Shown here one piece after another: positions 1 through 20,657 of a stretch of 64,000 nt of DNA. Below the pieces are notes generated by a model that saw only the letters and a list, made by a program, of their open reading frames with translations, had not been told where the DNA came from and ran no database searches. The stretch's first letter is position 1; the number at the start of each line of letters is the position of its first letter. This DNA is from Phoronis australis (lineage: Eukaryota > Animalia > Phoronida). Location: assembly GCA_002633005.1 (NCBI GenBank), contig NMRA01000369.1:1-64000 (forward strand), written 5' to 3'. The position numbers were made by a program, and so were the translations under genes.

Positions 1-292
1 TTAGCTTGACATGTTAATTGTCTTCATACAGCTAGCTGGCAAATCCAACCAAAGCCAGCCAGCTAGCTAGCTGACTAATGTCAGAATATAGTTAGGAACC
101 ACCAATTGATCTCGAAATTTCACACTATCCATGTACTTCTAAAAGCACTAGTCAAGTGACATGAACACACATCATTTGCAATGAATGCAGCTGAGCAGTA
201 GCAAAATTTGCTCTGAAATTCGGTTTACTGGTATCAACATTCTAAAAACATATCAAAGTGACACCAGCTTCGATGATTTGTTGTGACATGTA

Positions 293-549
293 CATGCACG
301 TACCCAGCCTAAAATATAGGGGGGCTCGAATTTTTTGGTATGTGCACCTTTTACTGAAACAAATCAACAGTGACTAAAAAACCGGGGCCATTAGGTTCAA
401 GCCTACGAATTGTGCATCCGCACCGAATCCCTGTAGACTTTTCTCACTATCACTCGCATTTTTTGTTTCACTGAGGCGGACCTTTTCACCCAATTCGCCA
501 AATTGGGGGGCTCGTTCGTGCCGCCCGAGCCCCCCTGGGTGCACCTATG
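293..549. mobile_element. MITE, CATGCRCGYACCC family
   Basis: Imperfect TIR CATGCACGTACCCAG / CTGGGTGCACCTATG; TSD ATGTA. Confidence 0.65.
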
Positions 550-626
550 ATGTATACAACCTTGCCGATGACTCCGACCAACATATCACTCAAACTGTCT
601 CTAAATGGTGTTTTAAAGTAAAATAC

Positions 627-702
627 CTGATAAAATTCCCCACTGATAGTGGACACCTCTGCCCCCCGAATCTCCCGGAAAATAACTCAGACTGTCACAC
701 AT
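627..702 (-). CDS. Possible first coding exon of a divergently transcribed gene (MCDSLSYFPGDSGGRGVHYQWGILS)
   Basis: ATG at 702, open to a CAG|GTATTT donor at 626; GTCACGTGAC promoter-type motif at 923-932. No recognisable homology. Confidence 0.2.
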
Positions 703-2437
703 CTAGTCATCCGGCGACTCAATGACATTCCGCCTTTGGCCCTACGGAGACAATTCTTGCACGTTTTAATAGTAGGTGTGATCAGCAAGTGCTAAATAAA
801 ATGCGTTCTCGTGATACTGCTTGTGTTATTTCTTTAGTTACAATGCACACCTCCGGCAAATGTACGCTGATGAAACGCAGGCGCTCGTTCACTCACAGAC
901 GCAGACAATCTTCAAAACAAAGGTCACGTGACAACGACATGTGTTCGTCTATGGTCCAGAGATTTTTCTTGTGTTGCTGGGCACGATCTTGCACAGATTT
1001 GAATCTATCTTGTTCATAATACTGACTCCACAGGAACTTAAAATCTTAGGGACGCTATTTGGAAAACTTAAGTGAGGATTTCAGGTAATTTGTGGAGTCG
1101 AAACTATATTTTTATTCAAACTGCCCTGTCAACGATCGCGAGGTGGTGGCCCATTGGCGAGTTTTCGCCCTGGGATTTCAGAACAATTTTCTGTAGAATG
1201 ATCTTAATTTAACAATGAAGTTTGATAGCAATGCACCAGTTTTGTTGAAAGTCTGTCACAGGCTACAGATATGTCACATAGCGTAAATTTGATGAATCCT
1301 ACCTTCTGATTTCACCCATTTCGGAGACTGGGTATCAACCGCCTTGGGTTACAATGAATACGCTCTTCCCCCCCGAAATGAATTTTACTAAGCGCCCCGA
1401 GCACCTTATTACGGCGAATACGGTACTGTTTCACTGCCTCTTAGTAAAGTGAACTATGTTTACTGTTGGTAAAATCAGGCTCTGATTATATGCTGATTGT
1501 TGAAGTACCAAGTCAGCCAAGGTTTTAAACCTAGTGTGGAAATTTTTAAACTTGACACGCTTTCCCCAGACGCGCCAAAATCCAAACTCATTACCGAATC
1601 AAAACAGATCGTGGAGAACACTGCAAATGTGTCCATCTACACTTGAAAGGTACATATAGTAACCTAACTTTGGTAGTTTAGCCAGGGTTAAGCATAATTC
1701 GCGGAAAATCTTCCGGCGTACAGGTTACATTAGATAGTGTGTCATTGTGTGTCGTCGCCAAATCAGACCAATCTCATTCTCAATGCCAATGGCAGTGCGT
1801 TCTGGAATTTCCGCATTGCTTAAGCATAGATAGCACACAACGTAATGTCCAGAAATCACTACAAAGCTCAGATAGCGCTACTAATCGGGTTACGTTACTG
1901 TACGCTTTCATGATACATACTTGGGAGCTAAAGACGGAGAGTTAACACGTAAATTATTGCTGAGCTTGGCTTTCTCCCAGGGTTTCAGAGGCGCAGCCAT
2001 TTTGAGTTTCGCTAAAACTATGCTCACATTCTTAATGTTTTAATATTCTAATTCAATGAAAGTATGTTTATAATGTTTATTGACAAACATTTATGAGTTT
2101 ATATTTATTAATATTGAATGTAAATATAAATTTATAGTTTTTCCAATAAGAAATTTATGACATTTATGAAAAGTGCGACGAACAGTGATTTGTAATTTGT
2201 CAGTAGCAACAAAACAGCAGGCGCGCGTTCCATAAGGGCGAGAGTATTACAAATACTTAAGAATTCGTAAAACATCGCGAGATATTGCCTTGTTTTTAAA
2301 CTGTCTCACGTGATCATATTAGTTTGAATTGCGAGATCTTCGAGTTCACGAAACTCTACCCTGGGTTCTTGAAGGTCAAGTTTGGAAGTCCGGTTCCGCG
2401 AACTGGAAAATCACGTTTCTGCCGACAAAATAGCAAC

Positions 2438-3171
2438 ATGTACTGTCTTGCAAGGGCATTCTGCCAGGCTTCTAAACACCAGAGATTAGTTTCATCACCT
2501 GCTTTTACTTCCGTGCGAAATTTTTACTTGTATTCTCCTGAGCCCTTTCACCCTATAAAGGGAAAGGAACCCCAATGGATGACCTCTGACGAGGCCGTGG
2601 GTATGATTCGCAGTGGCGATAATGTCTACGTCCATGGCGGTGTGTGCACGCCGTATGTTTTACTGGATGCATTGGGAAGGAGGGGGCTACAGAACCAGCT
2701 GCGGAACATTAAAATTTGGAGCATTCTCCTGGATACAGGCCTGAGCAATAAAGAGTATGATGATGTATTCCGACTGCAGCATCTGTTCATCCATGGGGAC
2801 CTTGCCAGGAATGCCATAGCTGATGGACGAGGCGACTACATACCGATATTTTTGAGTGAAATACCCCTGCTGTTCAGACGAAATCTGGTTAAGCTGGATG
2901 TTGCTCTCATTCAGGTTACTCCACCCGATCGTCATGGTTACTGCTCGTTGGGTGCCACTGTTGATGCGACACGGTGTGCGATTCAGAATGCAAAACACAT
3001 CATCGCTCAAGTCAATCCGCAGATGCCACGAACATTTGGCGATGGAAATATGCACATTTCTCATCTGGACGCACTGGTGGAAGGAGATAACATTTTGCCT
3101 GTATTTGGACCAAGTAACCCAAGGCCCGAGGAGGATGCTGTTGGTCGGCTTATTTCTTCCTGTTTGGTACA
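2438..3171 (+). CDS. Acetyl-CoA hydrolase/transferase family protein (4-hydroxybutyrate CoA-transferase / acetate:succinate CoA-transferase-like), mitochondrial; 3' part lost in gap
   Basis: ATG 2438 (AACATG). Arg/Ser-rich, acid-free N-terminus resembling a presequence. Family motifs VYVHGG..TP, GRGDYIPIFLSEIPLLF, DVALIQVTPPDRHGYCSLG..VD, IIAQVNPQMPRTFGD. About 244 uninterrupted codons up to the N-run at 3172. Confidence 0.9.
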
Positions 3172-3482
3172 NNNNNNNNNNNNNNNNNNNNNNNNNNNNN
3201 NNNNNNNNNNNNNNNNNNNNNNNNNNNNNNNNNNNNNNNNNNNNNNNNNNNNNNNNNNNNNNNNNNNNNNNNNNNNNNNNNNNNNNNNNNNNNNNNNNNN
3301 NNNNNNNNNNNNNNNNNNNNNNNNNNNNNNNNNNNNNNNNNNNNNNNNNNNNNNNNNNNNNNNNNNNNNNNNNNNNNNNNNNNNNNNNNNNNNNNNNNNN
3401 NNNNNNNNNNNNNNNNNNNNNNNNNNNNNNNNNNNNNNNNNNNNNNNNNNNNNNNNNNNNNNNNNNNNNNNNNNNNNNNNNN
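3172..3482. other. Assembly gap
   Basis: Run of N. Confidence 1.
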
Positions 3483-3918
3483 TTTTAAAGTCTGGTCTGC
3501 ATGCCACCTGTTGGCCACATCATGTTACCTAATGAATACAAGTTTGAGAAGATTTTTGCCCCAACCTGGACTCAAACCTGGGACATTATACTGCATACAC
3601 ATCAGCAGCTACTACATTTTGAATGGAAAAGTCAAGTTTCAATGGCATAATATTTAAAAAATTTGCTCCTCTGTTTCACTTAATATGTGTTTCACATGAA
3701 GACACATGCACCTGGTTTCAGATATGTGCAGAGTGTCATTTATATGCAAATGAACCTTGGTATATGCACATACAGTTTTAATTGACTCGTCTACTCTAAA
3801 AGATTCATAGCAAGCTCGCAAACTTCTTATAAATTCTAATGTGCTTGAAAAAGTTCTATTGCCAATTTCTTTTCTCATGTTTTTAGTCTGATTCTTACTC
3901 TTAAAATTAATTTTCAAG

Positions 3919-6900
3919 GTGAGTCTGGGATGAGCTGGCCTGGACTCACCAATCGCATCATCATGGGCCGAGAACTGGTGCAGCGACGCGCCCTGCCAGT
4001 CGACCCTGACAGGAAAAAGAAACTGGTGGAGTTGCGTGAGAAAGGTGGTTCATTCCGCGTCCTCAAGATGCCGCCACTTCTGCGAGGGTGGACAGGAGGC
4101 AAGAGGTATCCAGGCACTAGTATAGGACCACCCAGTCCTATCAACGACTGTAAGTGCTGGTCGAGTAGTTTGAAAGCCTTTCTGTGGTTGACAACAATTT
4201 TCTTTTGAGGAATTTGTTTTCTTTCTGGTATCTAGAGAGATATCTTCAGTTCTGAAAACTTCTCTCAAAATTTTAGCAATTTTGTTTTTTAAGAGATTGG
4301 ACATTTCTCCATTTTGTACATTGTATGTATGCTCCATTATTCACATTTTCCTGGTGAAAACATAATTTTGGTATCATTCATTTATTTCTGGAATACCCAG
4401 GGTTTTTCATTGTTCAAAATTGAAAACAATTATCATGGATCTCTTATGAGTATAAAACATAATGACTATTTTTGAATGAATAGTATAGGTGAGTTGAGAC
4501 TGTTTGGTTAAAGATCCTGTTTGGTGAATGGGTTTCTTGTTTTCTGTAATTGTCTTTGATGATTTTAATGGTATTTTGTTGCAGATGTTTTTGAGGGCTT
4601 TGATACCAAAGTAATTGAGGTATGTTGGTCTGTTGCTTTGAAAACTTGTCAGTTTCTATTCAATACATGTGTATTGAGCATTGTGACTTGATACGTGCAT
4701 ATCGAATTTTGTTCACAATTATTGTAAGTTTCCCTTTGGGGAGGTCGGGAGTTCAAGGCTCTAGACTGCTTGTATTTGCTTTTGGTGTAAAAAGAAATCA
4801 ATTCACTGAGACAAAATTTCAATGCTTCATTCACTATTCTTACATCAAATAACCAGGAGAAGTGTTTGAAAATAAGATTTATTTTACAACATCTATGTAC
4901 AATGAGCAGAAGTATTTAACAATTAAAACAACTTGGTCTCAAATTGTTCCTTAGTCAAAGTAGGTGTGATTCCTGGGTTTGGAAAGGATGAACAGTTTGT
5001 TATTGTTTGAGATCAGCAACTACAAGCTGACTTGTCATGGCATGTCATTGTGGTTGTCGAGTATGGACTCATGCAGTAACAAATTGTTAGTTCCTCGCAA
5101 GACCAAAAATTTCTTCTCATCAAATTACGGAACAAGTTGAGAAAAAGTTTTTAACAGAAAGTAGCCTGAATCAAACCCGAGTTTCTTCAACAGAATGCGA
5201 GTTCAAAGCTGCTTGAAGTTTACTGTTTATACAATTCACATAAATGATTAATTTGTTGTTAAGATAAAAACTTGCCTTAAATGACTATGTTCATGGGAGA
5301 GCCATTGATGGGCATAATTGTCACTTCTGGTTGACTTCGTTAATGTCTTAATGCAGCTGGATAGTAGCTCTTACGTGTTTTAACAATTAGATCTCTGGCA
5401 AATACTTTTTGTTAACACTCAATCCCATTTCTTGACATGTGATTGTGGACTGCATTTTTCTACTAAAAAATCCTGTTTTATTTCCAGTACAAACTTGTGT
5501 CCAACATGACAGGCACCCTGGGTCGAAAACAGCGTTTCAGTGCCTTCGTTGTCACTGGCAACGGCAACGGGCTTGCTGGTTATGGTCTTGCTAAGGCACC
5601 TAATGGTCAGGCTGCCCTGCGAAAGGCAAAAAACATAGCAGCTCAACACCTTATGTACATCAAACGCTACAACGATCACACAGGTGTGAAGTGGTTTCAA
5701 TATTCACTCAATATCCAAAATACCAGAGTGCCCTCTCTTATTCCGTGGCATTTAAAATGATGCTAAATCGTGTTTTGGGAATTTCAACCAATCCTCATTC
5801 TGTACTGTGTTAATGGCCTCTCAAATGAGTGATAAAGCAGAATTCATCTAAAGACATACTCACTGTATCACAGAATGGATGTTATGGATGTTTATGTGTG
5901 GTCTTTCTCCACAGTTGTTATGTAACTCGTGTACAAGTAGGTCACGCTTGCCATTTTGTCAGAGGTGATGTGACGAGTTTCAAAATTTGCTCCATACTTT
6001 TGAGTGTTGACAAGGGTTGAAGAACATTATTTTTTAAGTCTGGAGGCAAAGTCTTTCTTCACATCTGTTGATAATCCAAAACTGGGTTTAGCGTCTTTTT
6101 GGCAACGTCGATGTTGCTCCATATCAGTAGGCCTTGCAGCTTTACTCATCCAAATTGTAATAATTTACATCTGTTGTGTAGTGAGTTGTAATGCTGACAG
6201 CAATATTGCCCAGTTGAGTCATGCACAATGTATTTCTCTTTTCTCATCTGTCTCGGTTTAAGTACATTCTGCATCCAAACATTCCATATTACCCAGTTCA
6301 TTCATACAATTTATTTTTCCACCTCTACGAAGATTAAAGTTGACTTCCGGAATCACCTACTAACATCCATCCTTAAGTAAAAATACTTTTCCTTCTACTC
6401 TCCTGAATGCTCAGGGGGGACGATTTCCTTTCCAAACAAACCACACAACTATCTTCCTTGCCAGCATTTTTTTGTCCAGAATACAATTGTTTTTTTTTTC
6501 ATGAGATTTATGTGTTTTCTTGTGCACTGCATTTCTTGTAGACAGCTCTTTTCTCACAAACTACAGTTAGTTATGTGATGCAGTGAGCAGGTTTTGTATA
6601 CTGTCTGTTTAAAACTATGTCATGAAGAAAGACATGCCTTGTAAAACGTGTGGTGACTGAGAAAGAAATCCTGCTCAGTTCATTTGCTAAAACCTTTGTT
6701 TGTGCGAACGCGTGTGGTGTTCGTAAGGTAGACTGGACTAGTGTTAATTAATGAACTTGTGGAAAACATAATTTTTCTTTGTGTTATAGAGACACCTTTA
6801 GGAGCTCATCAACTGTTACTCTGGTCTCATTTTGCCTGTCTTGTCATTTCTTGTTAAGTCATTACTTTGTACGCATACCCTTAAGTGAATTATCTGCAAA

Positions 6901-8360
6901 ACAAAAATTGGCACAGGTTTAAACTACTTTTTTCAGTATACCATGACTTCTATTCCAAAGTGCACGCCACAGGAATATTTGTGAAAAAGAAACCCGAAGG
7001 TGAGTGACTCGGAACGAACTCTGTTTGTCGGTCCTAATATTTCATCTGTGTCAAAATGCCTGACTGTGTCATTCATCCATGTTAGTCAATTAGACTTGAG
7101 CTTCTGTTACCTAGGAGTAAAGCACAAACCAATCAGTCAATGAGTCATACATCGGAGAGAGGAACGAAAGGAAAGTTATGAACATAAGGAAAGTTGATGT
7201 TTCTTTCTGTCTAGGTTACGGATTGATATGCCACCGAGCAATCAAGTCCATGTGTGAAGTGATGGGGGTCAAGGATTTGTATGCCAAAGTTGAAGGCCGA
7301 ACCAAGAACTACCAGGCATTAACCAAAGCATTCTTTGCTGGTTTGCAGAAGCAGGTACCGACTTATATTATTAAACATTCCTACTCACCATGCCTAATCA
7401 GAAAAATGAGTTGAACAAAAATATTGTATATGCCTGAAAAACTAATGGGAATTGAAAAATGGATAAAAACTTGAAGAGGAAAATTTCCCAAGTTGTTCTT
7501 TTTAAAGCACAGTAGTGTTCCACGTCTCAACACGGTGTGCAACTGACTGGGTATCTGGACAACTTGTGTATGGTGAAATCTAAAATGGACTTGCACATAG
7601 TAGGTCATCCATTGCTAATGGTCGGATATAACATGCCCGCATTTTGAGAAGCAGTTTTCCGCACTGAATAACGGGCATTAAACCGGTTCTCAAAATACGA
7701 GCACGTTATATCCGACTATTGTCCATTCATCTCCTGCATTTTGTTAAGGCATATTGATCTGACTGTGTCTCAGTGACGACTGTGTAGCAGGGCTGGTTGT
7801 AAGTGGATAGAGTGTCATGTATTGCAAGATGAGCCTGATTGTCTAATCAACTTATTATATTTCAGTGCCTTTAGATCCCTGGTCGTATGTCTGAAGTAAT
7901 GTCTTTTTGCGACCTTTTTTACCTAAGGGGTTTGCATATTGGAGCGTGCTCCTTAAGTTTCGCTTGTAAACACACTTCCGAACAAACAGCTACGGGCCTA
8001 ATGGCACGGCAATGTGCTATAAGTAGTTTTTATTAATGAATGAACCTTTGCCCATTTGTTTGGTAGGAGACGCATCAGGAGTTGGCTGATAGGATGGGTC
8101 TGCATGTTGTCGAGTTCAGGAAGGAAAAAGACAATTTTCCTCAGGTTGTTGCTTCACCAACTACAGCAACTCTATCGGAGCCAATCACGGATAAAAATTT
8201 TGACTTGACCAGAATGTATATGGATGGCAAAACTCCATACCTGAAGCCAAAACGAGTTCCGTTTTACCACAGAACGAAATCGTGGGAGTTGAAATCGGAT
8301 GTTTTATACAAACGAAGAAATCAGTTTGCCAGTCAGATTGAGAGGAAAGCTAATTACTAA
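3919..8360 (+). CDS. MRPS5: Mitochondrial ribosomal protein S5 (uS5m), 5'-partial, six exons visible
   Basis: Phase-compatible GT-AG exons 3919-4149, 4585-4619, 5488-5683, 6937-6999, 7215-7354, 8067-8360 (TAA). Motifs RGWTG..YPGTSIGPP, FEGFDTKVIE, MTGTLGRKQRFSAFVVTGNGNGLAGYG, GYGLICHRAIK, GVKDLYAKVEG, ETHQELADRMGLHVVEFR. Confidence 0.95.
7620..7718. repeat. Short palindromic element of about 100 bp
   Basis: GTCGGATATAAC..ATTTTGAGAA / TTCTCAAAAT..GTTATATCCGAC; related core at 39242-39300. Confidence 0.65.
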
Positions 8361-11217
8361 TCGAGTGTGACCGACTGTGTAACCTATTGCTGCGTACTTG
8401 TTCCTTTGTTGCATACCTCTTATTTAGTGAAGAAAATAGGTTCTCAAAATGCAGGATACCCTGTAAGTGACTATTTAGTTTTCAGATGGTTTGAAAAATG
8501 TCTTGAGAAATTGATTTGTTCTTATGCTAGTATTAAAGCCACTGCGCCATTAAAAATGGAAATGGCGTCACAATCCAGCATATTGCAAATGGTGACCAAA
8601 AACTGTCCTTACGAATAGGCAAATATCGCCAACAGAAATGCTCTGCTATACTCAGAATAGTGTTTCATAACTTGGTTTTCGGTGCTAACACCAGGACGAC
8701 CACAAGAGAAGTGTGGGCATTGCTGCAAGACTTCAATCGAATGTCATTTCAACCACTTTTAAGTGCAACGAGGCAAGTTTGGAACTGCATGCACTGCAAG
8801 GCATCTACTGTTGGGGTCAAGATACCCCTGTACCTAAGTGCACTGAATATTAAAAGCTGTTAGTTTTGAGGATTTGTCAAAGTTGCATTCGTGGGACTGT
8901 CTCAGACATGGCTGCGAGTATGTTGTCCGCATGTATTCGTTACAGGTTCCAATAGGGAATGCTCTGAATTTTGTATGGAAAAATACAAATTATTCAGCTT
9001 AAGTTGGATCTTGAACTTTTTTCATTCTCCAAAATTTGCTTTTACATTGTTTTTTAGTGCTGCCATCCTAAATAGGCGCTTTTCAATTTTTTACTTTTAG
9101 TCAGTGACGGCAAGTCTCTGAACGAGAAGGGAGGGATAGACCCAAAACTACTAAACTTTTTTACCCAACTTAAATTGCTTTTATAATTGAGTACAACTCA
9201 TTTTGGTAACCATTATCACTGAACCAAATTATGTGTATAAGTTATTTATTTATCTCTGTCAAATGATGAAATATCAACCCTGAGTTATTTTCACAAAGAT
9301 AAGTTCTGTTGCTTGAAGTATCTCTTTTGCAAAGCATTTTATGTGCCTACATATTTACACTGATCTCAAATTGCTGTCATCTCTGTACGGCGCTTGTCTG
9401 TGCCTCCACTCGCCCAGTGTCCACATCTCCTAAGCCCCTTCTGCAGGGAGTGGGATTTTCCTCTCTTAAGATTTCCTTCTTTTTGTTTTCAATTTCATCT
9501 TATTTGATTTCCAGATTTTCTTTTTCGGTCTCTTTATCATTATTTTTACTTTATTCCTGCCAAAACGTTTTTTCAGTTTTATTTTACTGGGCAAAATATT
9601 TATAGCATCACCTGGAAAATCTTCCTCTTTTTTGTCATTGGTCATTTCAAGTCCTGCTTTTAGGATCGCCTAGTTTAAAATTTGAATTTGGCTACGGATG
9701 GCGACGACTTTCGAACAGATCGGAGTACCGTCGGGAGTTCTTCGACAGATTTTTTGGAAATTTGGCATATGCTTGTCTATTAGAGAATCGATGATGCTTT
9801 CCTGTTTTGTCACGAATTTGAAGTATTCTGAGCTACCAAATGGTTATTTCTACGATCTACGTGATGTGTCCAAAAGATGGCGGATTGAACATGATGAACT
9901 GCTTGCAGCATATTCCACGCCGCACTGAATACGACATACGATCTTAGAGTCCGTTTCTGGAGTCCGCCGTGCTATTCCCCGCCAGACCTCTTGAGCAATC
10001 ATGAAAATTGGTAGCAGTGTTCCTGCTGAGAAAAGCATGGTGGTCGTTAATTTTCGGACGGCTTCGGACTACTGACACCCGTTCAGCGGAGCACTTTTGC
10101 ACACCCGCTGTCGGTTGTATATCCTAAACCTTTTGCTGGAGCTTTGTGACATTTGGCAAGTGTATTCTTGCAAACGTGACAACAGATGGCGACTTATTTC
10201 GGACTGATCCGATTATTGCTGTGCTGTGATCCTCAAACAAATGTCCGAAGTCAAAGTGCAGGTGTGGTTATGCATGTGCGAGGTCTTTGTTTCGGTTTAA
10301 CAAACAAAACGTGATATTTTCATAATTTATTCAATTTTCAAGTCAATCAAAAAGTTCACAGTTATGACAGAAACGTGTCTCCCTTAAAATATTGAAGACG
10401 AAATTCCAGTTGCCGTGTCCTAGATCATCTGACATGTAAGATCGGGAAAATGAACGTGCGAAGTGGATTGATGAGCACCCACGTGACAGACTTTGGCAGT
10501 TTTGCATTTTTATATAAATGATGATGGTAAATTCCATCTGTTTGTAAAGTGAAGTCATATATTTTTTAGAATTTTTAAATTGTGTTTAAAAATACATTTT
10601 CAGTCAGCGACTTGTAAGACACTCATTTATGTTTGAAAATATTCCATCACTGTCCTGAGACAGACTATGATGTCACAACTGAGGTTGATTTTCCCCATAC
10701 AGCTGCAGCCGTAGACGAATGTCCGACGTAAATGTTGTCAAGACCGAGATGTGTAGTTATGTGAGCACTGAAATGGTATTGGGAACTACCCCTGGCGTCG
10801 GAAATGACTACAACTTTAGTTCAAAAGCACTGGATACACAAGTGTTATTGTTAAATTCTTTGCCAGGTTAGATTTTACAGATAAAGTGAGAATTTTGCTG
10901 ACACGCATAGGGATAGAAGTAACCAGTACGACCATCCATAGCTAAGCATCGGCTTGTGTCGTCCTCAGGCAGGGGCCAGTTGTGACCTGGAAGGATGCAT
11001 GGTAAAATAAGTTACAAACTGAATTAAACGACACTCGTCTGTTATGGAGGCAGAAATCACATCGTATGATTGACTTTTAAATACAACTTCTTAACATTCC
11101 TGAGCATTACAACTCGTTGTACAACGTTAAAAATTTAGAAGCAAAGGCAATGGAGAATTTTAAACAGCTATTTGCTGTAAAATTTATTTACACAGCAGCA
11201 GCAGTGTACAGCTGTGA

Positions 11218-11375
11218 CATGCGCGTACCCAAAGAAAAAATAAGTCCGAAAAAACGAGACAAAAAGTCCACTAAAAAGGCGCAAACACAATTCGCAGCTC
11301 TGGATGTCTTGGTACCCCGTTTTTTTAAAGTCGGAAATTCTAGCACCCCCATATTAAAGGCTGGGTGCGCGCATG
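11218..11375. mobile_element. MITE, CATGCRCGYACCC family
   Basis: CATGCGCGTACCC / GGGTGCGCGCATG; TSD TGTGA; interior similar to 16481-16705. Confidence 0.7.
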
Positions 11376-12367
11376 TGTGAGACAGAGCTCTACTGGTGCG
11401 TTGCATTGTGAGTAAAAGTTACATCATCTTAGAGGGAACTGTGGTATTTCGGGAGGATGCTACACGTATTAGATGTAGTGTTGAAAATCTGACGAGGTGC
11501 ATTGCCTACGACCTGTTGCGTTCAAGTACACGAAGACCTTATGATCGGGATAGCGACTTTCTGACATGGGCTTGTCTAGAGTGCGGGAATCGAGGCTGGA
11601 ATGTTCCGTCGCTGTATAGTGCTCTGTTGGCGAAGTACGCCATTCATTAAATGGTAGAGTATAATTGAACGTCAACGCGTTCTTTTGTGAACGCGTGCAT
11701 TGCGCTCGTTCACACGAGTGCCATGGCATTGCTCCGCGTCGTCGGTGAATACGAGACCGGAAGTCAATGTTAGAACACACTCACACAATGGAGGCCTACC
11801 GAACGTGTTATTTTGAGAAAGCGTTCATTGCACTTGTTCATTCCTTGAATCGTCGCGCGAGAGATGGCGATAGATCACCCTGCTGAGCTGAGAGCTGTAA
11901 TCATCGGTGGCAAAATCTACTGAGATATTATCCATCACCGCTGATATCATAGTCATTGATAAACATACGCTGTGATGGCCAGGACTTCCGATTTTCGTGT
12001 ACCGTACATTGTGACGCTGGTCCGACATTGATCCGCCGTCGAGATAACTCATGGAAACACCCGTTTCGCACTTTGGAGTAAATTCGTCAAACAATATTAT
12101 GATATTATTTTTTTCGAGTCATAGTCAGTATACAGGTAAGTCAACCTATTCTCAAGAGAACACGATGGGTATAAAATCCGTCACAGTGCTATACATGTTA
12201 CTCAGCGTATTCCGAATAGCGACCTGCGGTACGACTCGGATTCACGTGTTGTGTAGCGACTATTGCACTGCACTCGCACTGAAAGCGAATTCCAAAAATG
12301 TATTTTCCGCCACAAGAAGAGATTTTAAATCGTAACGCCGACATGACCGCTGTTTACATTTAAAGAT

Positions 12368-12700
12368 GGCTGCATTTCGCTCTGTTCAACTGGCTAAAAA
12401 GCCAAAATCGTATAGAATAGGATTTTTACTCCAATAACATCGGTCTGACAATATCGAACACCGTGATAACATTCCATTTCCATTACCAACTTAAGTCACA
12501 GGCATCTTGCGTACATGCGCCATTATCAAATTCGCAAGTTTACAATGTAGGCCTGAATCGTTGATGGCTTCAATGTTCTTGCTGGTAACGGAAACAGAAC
12601 CGTGTCACGGTAAGCAATTTTACCAGACCTGTTAATTGAGAAGAAGTTTTAAGCCAGATTTCTTTTTTTTAGCCAGCTAAACAGGGCGAAATTCAGCTTT
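12368..12700. repeat. Imperfect inverted repeat (foldback MITE)
   Basis: GCTGCATTTCGCTCTGTT..CTGGCTAAAAA...CACCGTGA pairs with TCACGGT...TTTTTAGCCAG..AACAGGGCGAAATTCAGC. Confidence 0.6.
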
Positions 12701-12988
12701 AATCACACCTACTGACATGATTTGCACCGTTAGAGACTAGCCAGTTGGAAGTGTTTTCTGCCGAGTGCACAAACGGATACTCGGTTGCCGCTAACAGTCC
12801 GAGTCATATTTCAAATATGGGACTCGTTTTCATATAAAACAATGGAGACAGGGAATAGAATTTCAACTAATTTTACTTGTATGTTGACAGCCTTCCAAAA
12901 CAACAACTAGACATACCCTCCAAGGTTCAGGTTTCGATGATAATGTTGTCACGAAACTATAACTGTCTGTTTGAAGAATCTCACAAAC

Positions 12989-20255
<7,267 letters not shown>

Positions 20256-20657
20256 CTATCAATGCAAATGGCGGAAGTAATGTAAGCCGAGAACAAAAGA
20301 AAATACATTTTCGACAAATCTCAGTTTGGAGCGAGATATAAACAAAAAGACATAGGCACATGCAAACCTACACACTCACCCATCCAGAAAACGAAACGAA
20401 ACTATAAAATAGAAAACTGTAACAGATGTTTTGAAATTTCACAATGAACTCGATCGAAACCAGGCCGTATTGACAGGGTCACATTAATACTTGTCTGCGC
20501 CAACTAATACGTGAACATCTTCACCACTGCGCATGCTGCTCTCGCAGCCAATACGTGGTCACTGTTGTCTGCACCAGCTAAACTTGAACGTTAAAATCTT
20601 CACCACTGGCACCTTCGCGGATAATACATGGTCATTGTACGGCAAGCCTTAAGAAGT

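Noticed and set aside
2438-3171. Bacterial contamination or recent horizontal transfer of the CoA-transferase
   Set aside because: It has a mitochondrial-type presequence and eukaryotic promoter-like flanks, and the family is known in invertebrates. Only a phylogeny could revive this idea.
9309-10040. Short ORFs and a Lys-rich minus-strand frame downstream of MRPS5
   Set aside because: No recognisable motifs and no consistent exon chain.
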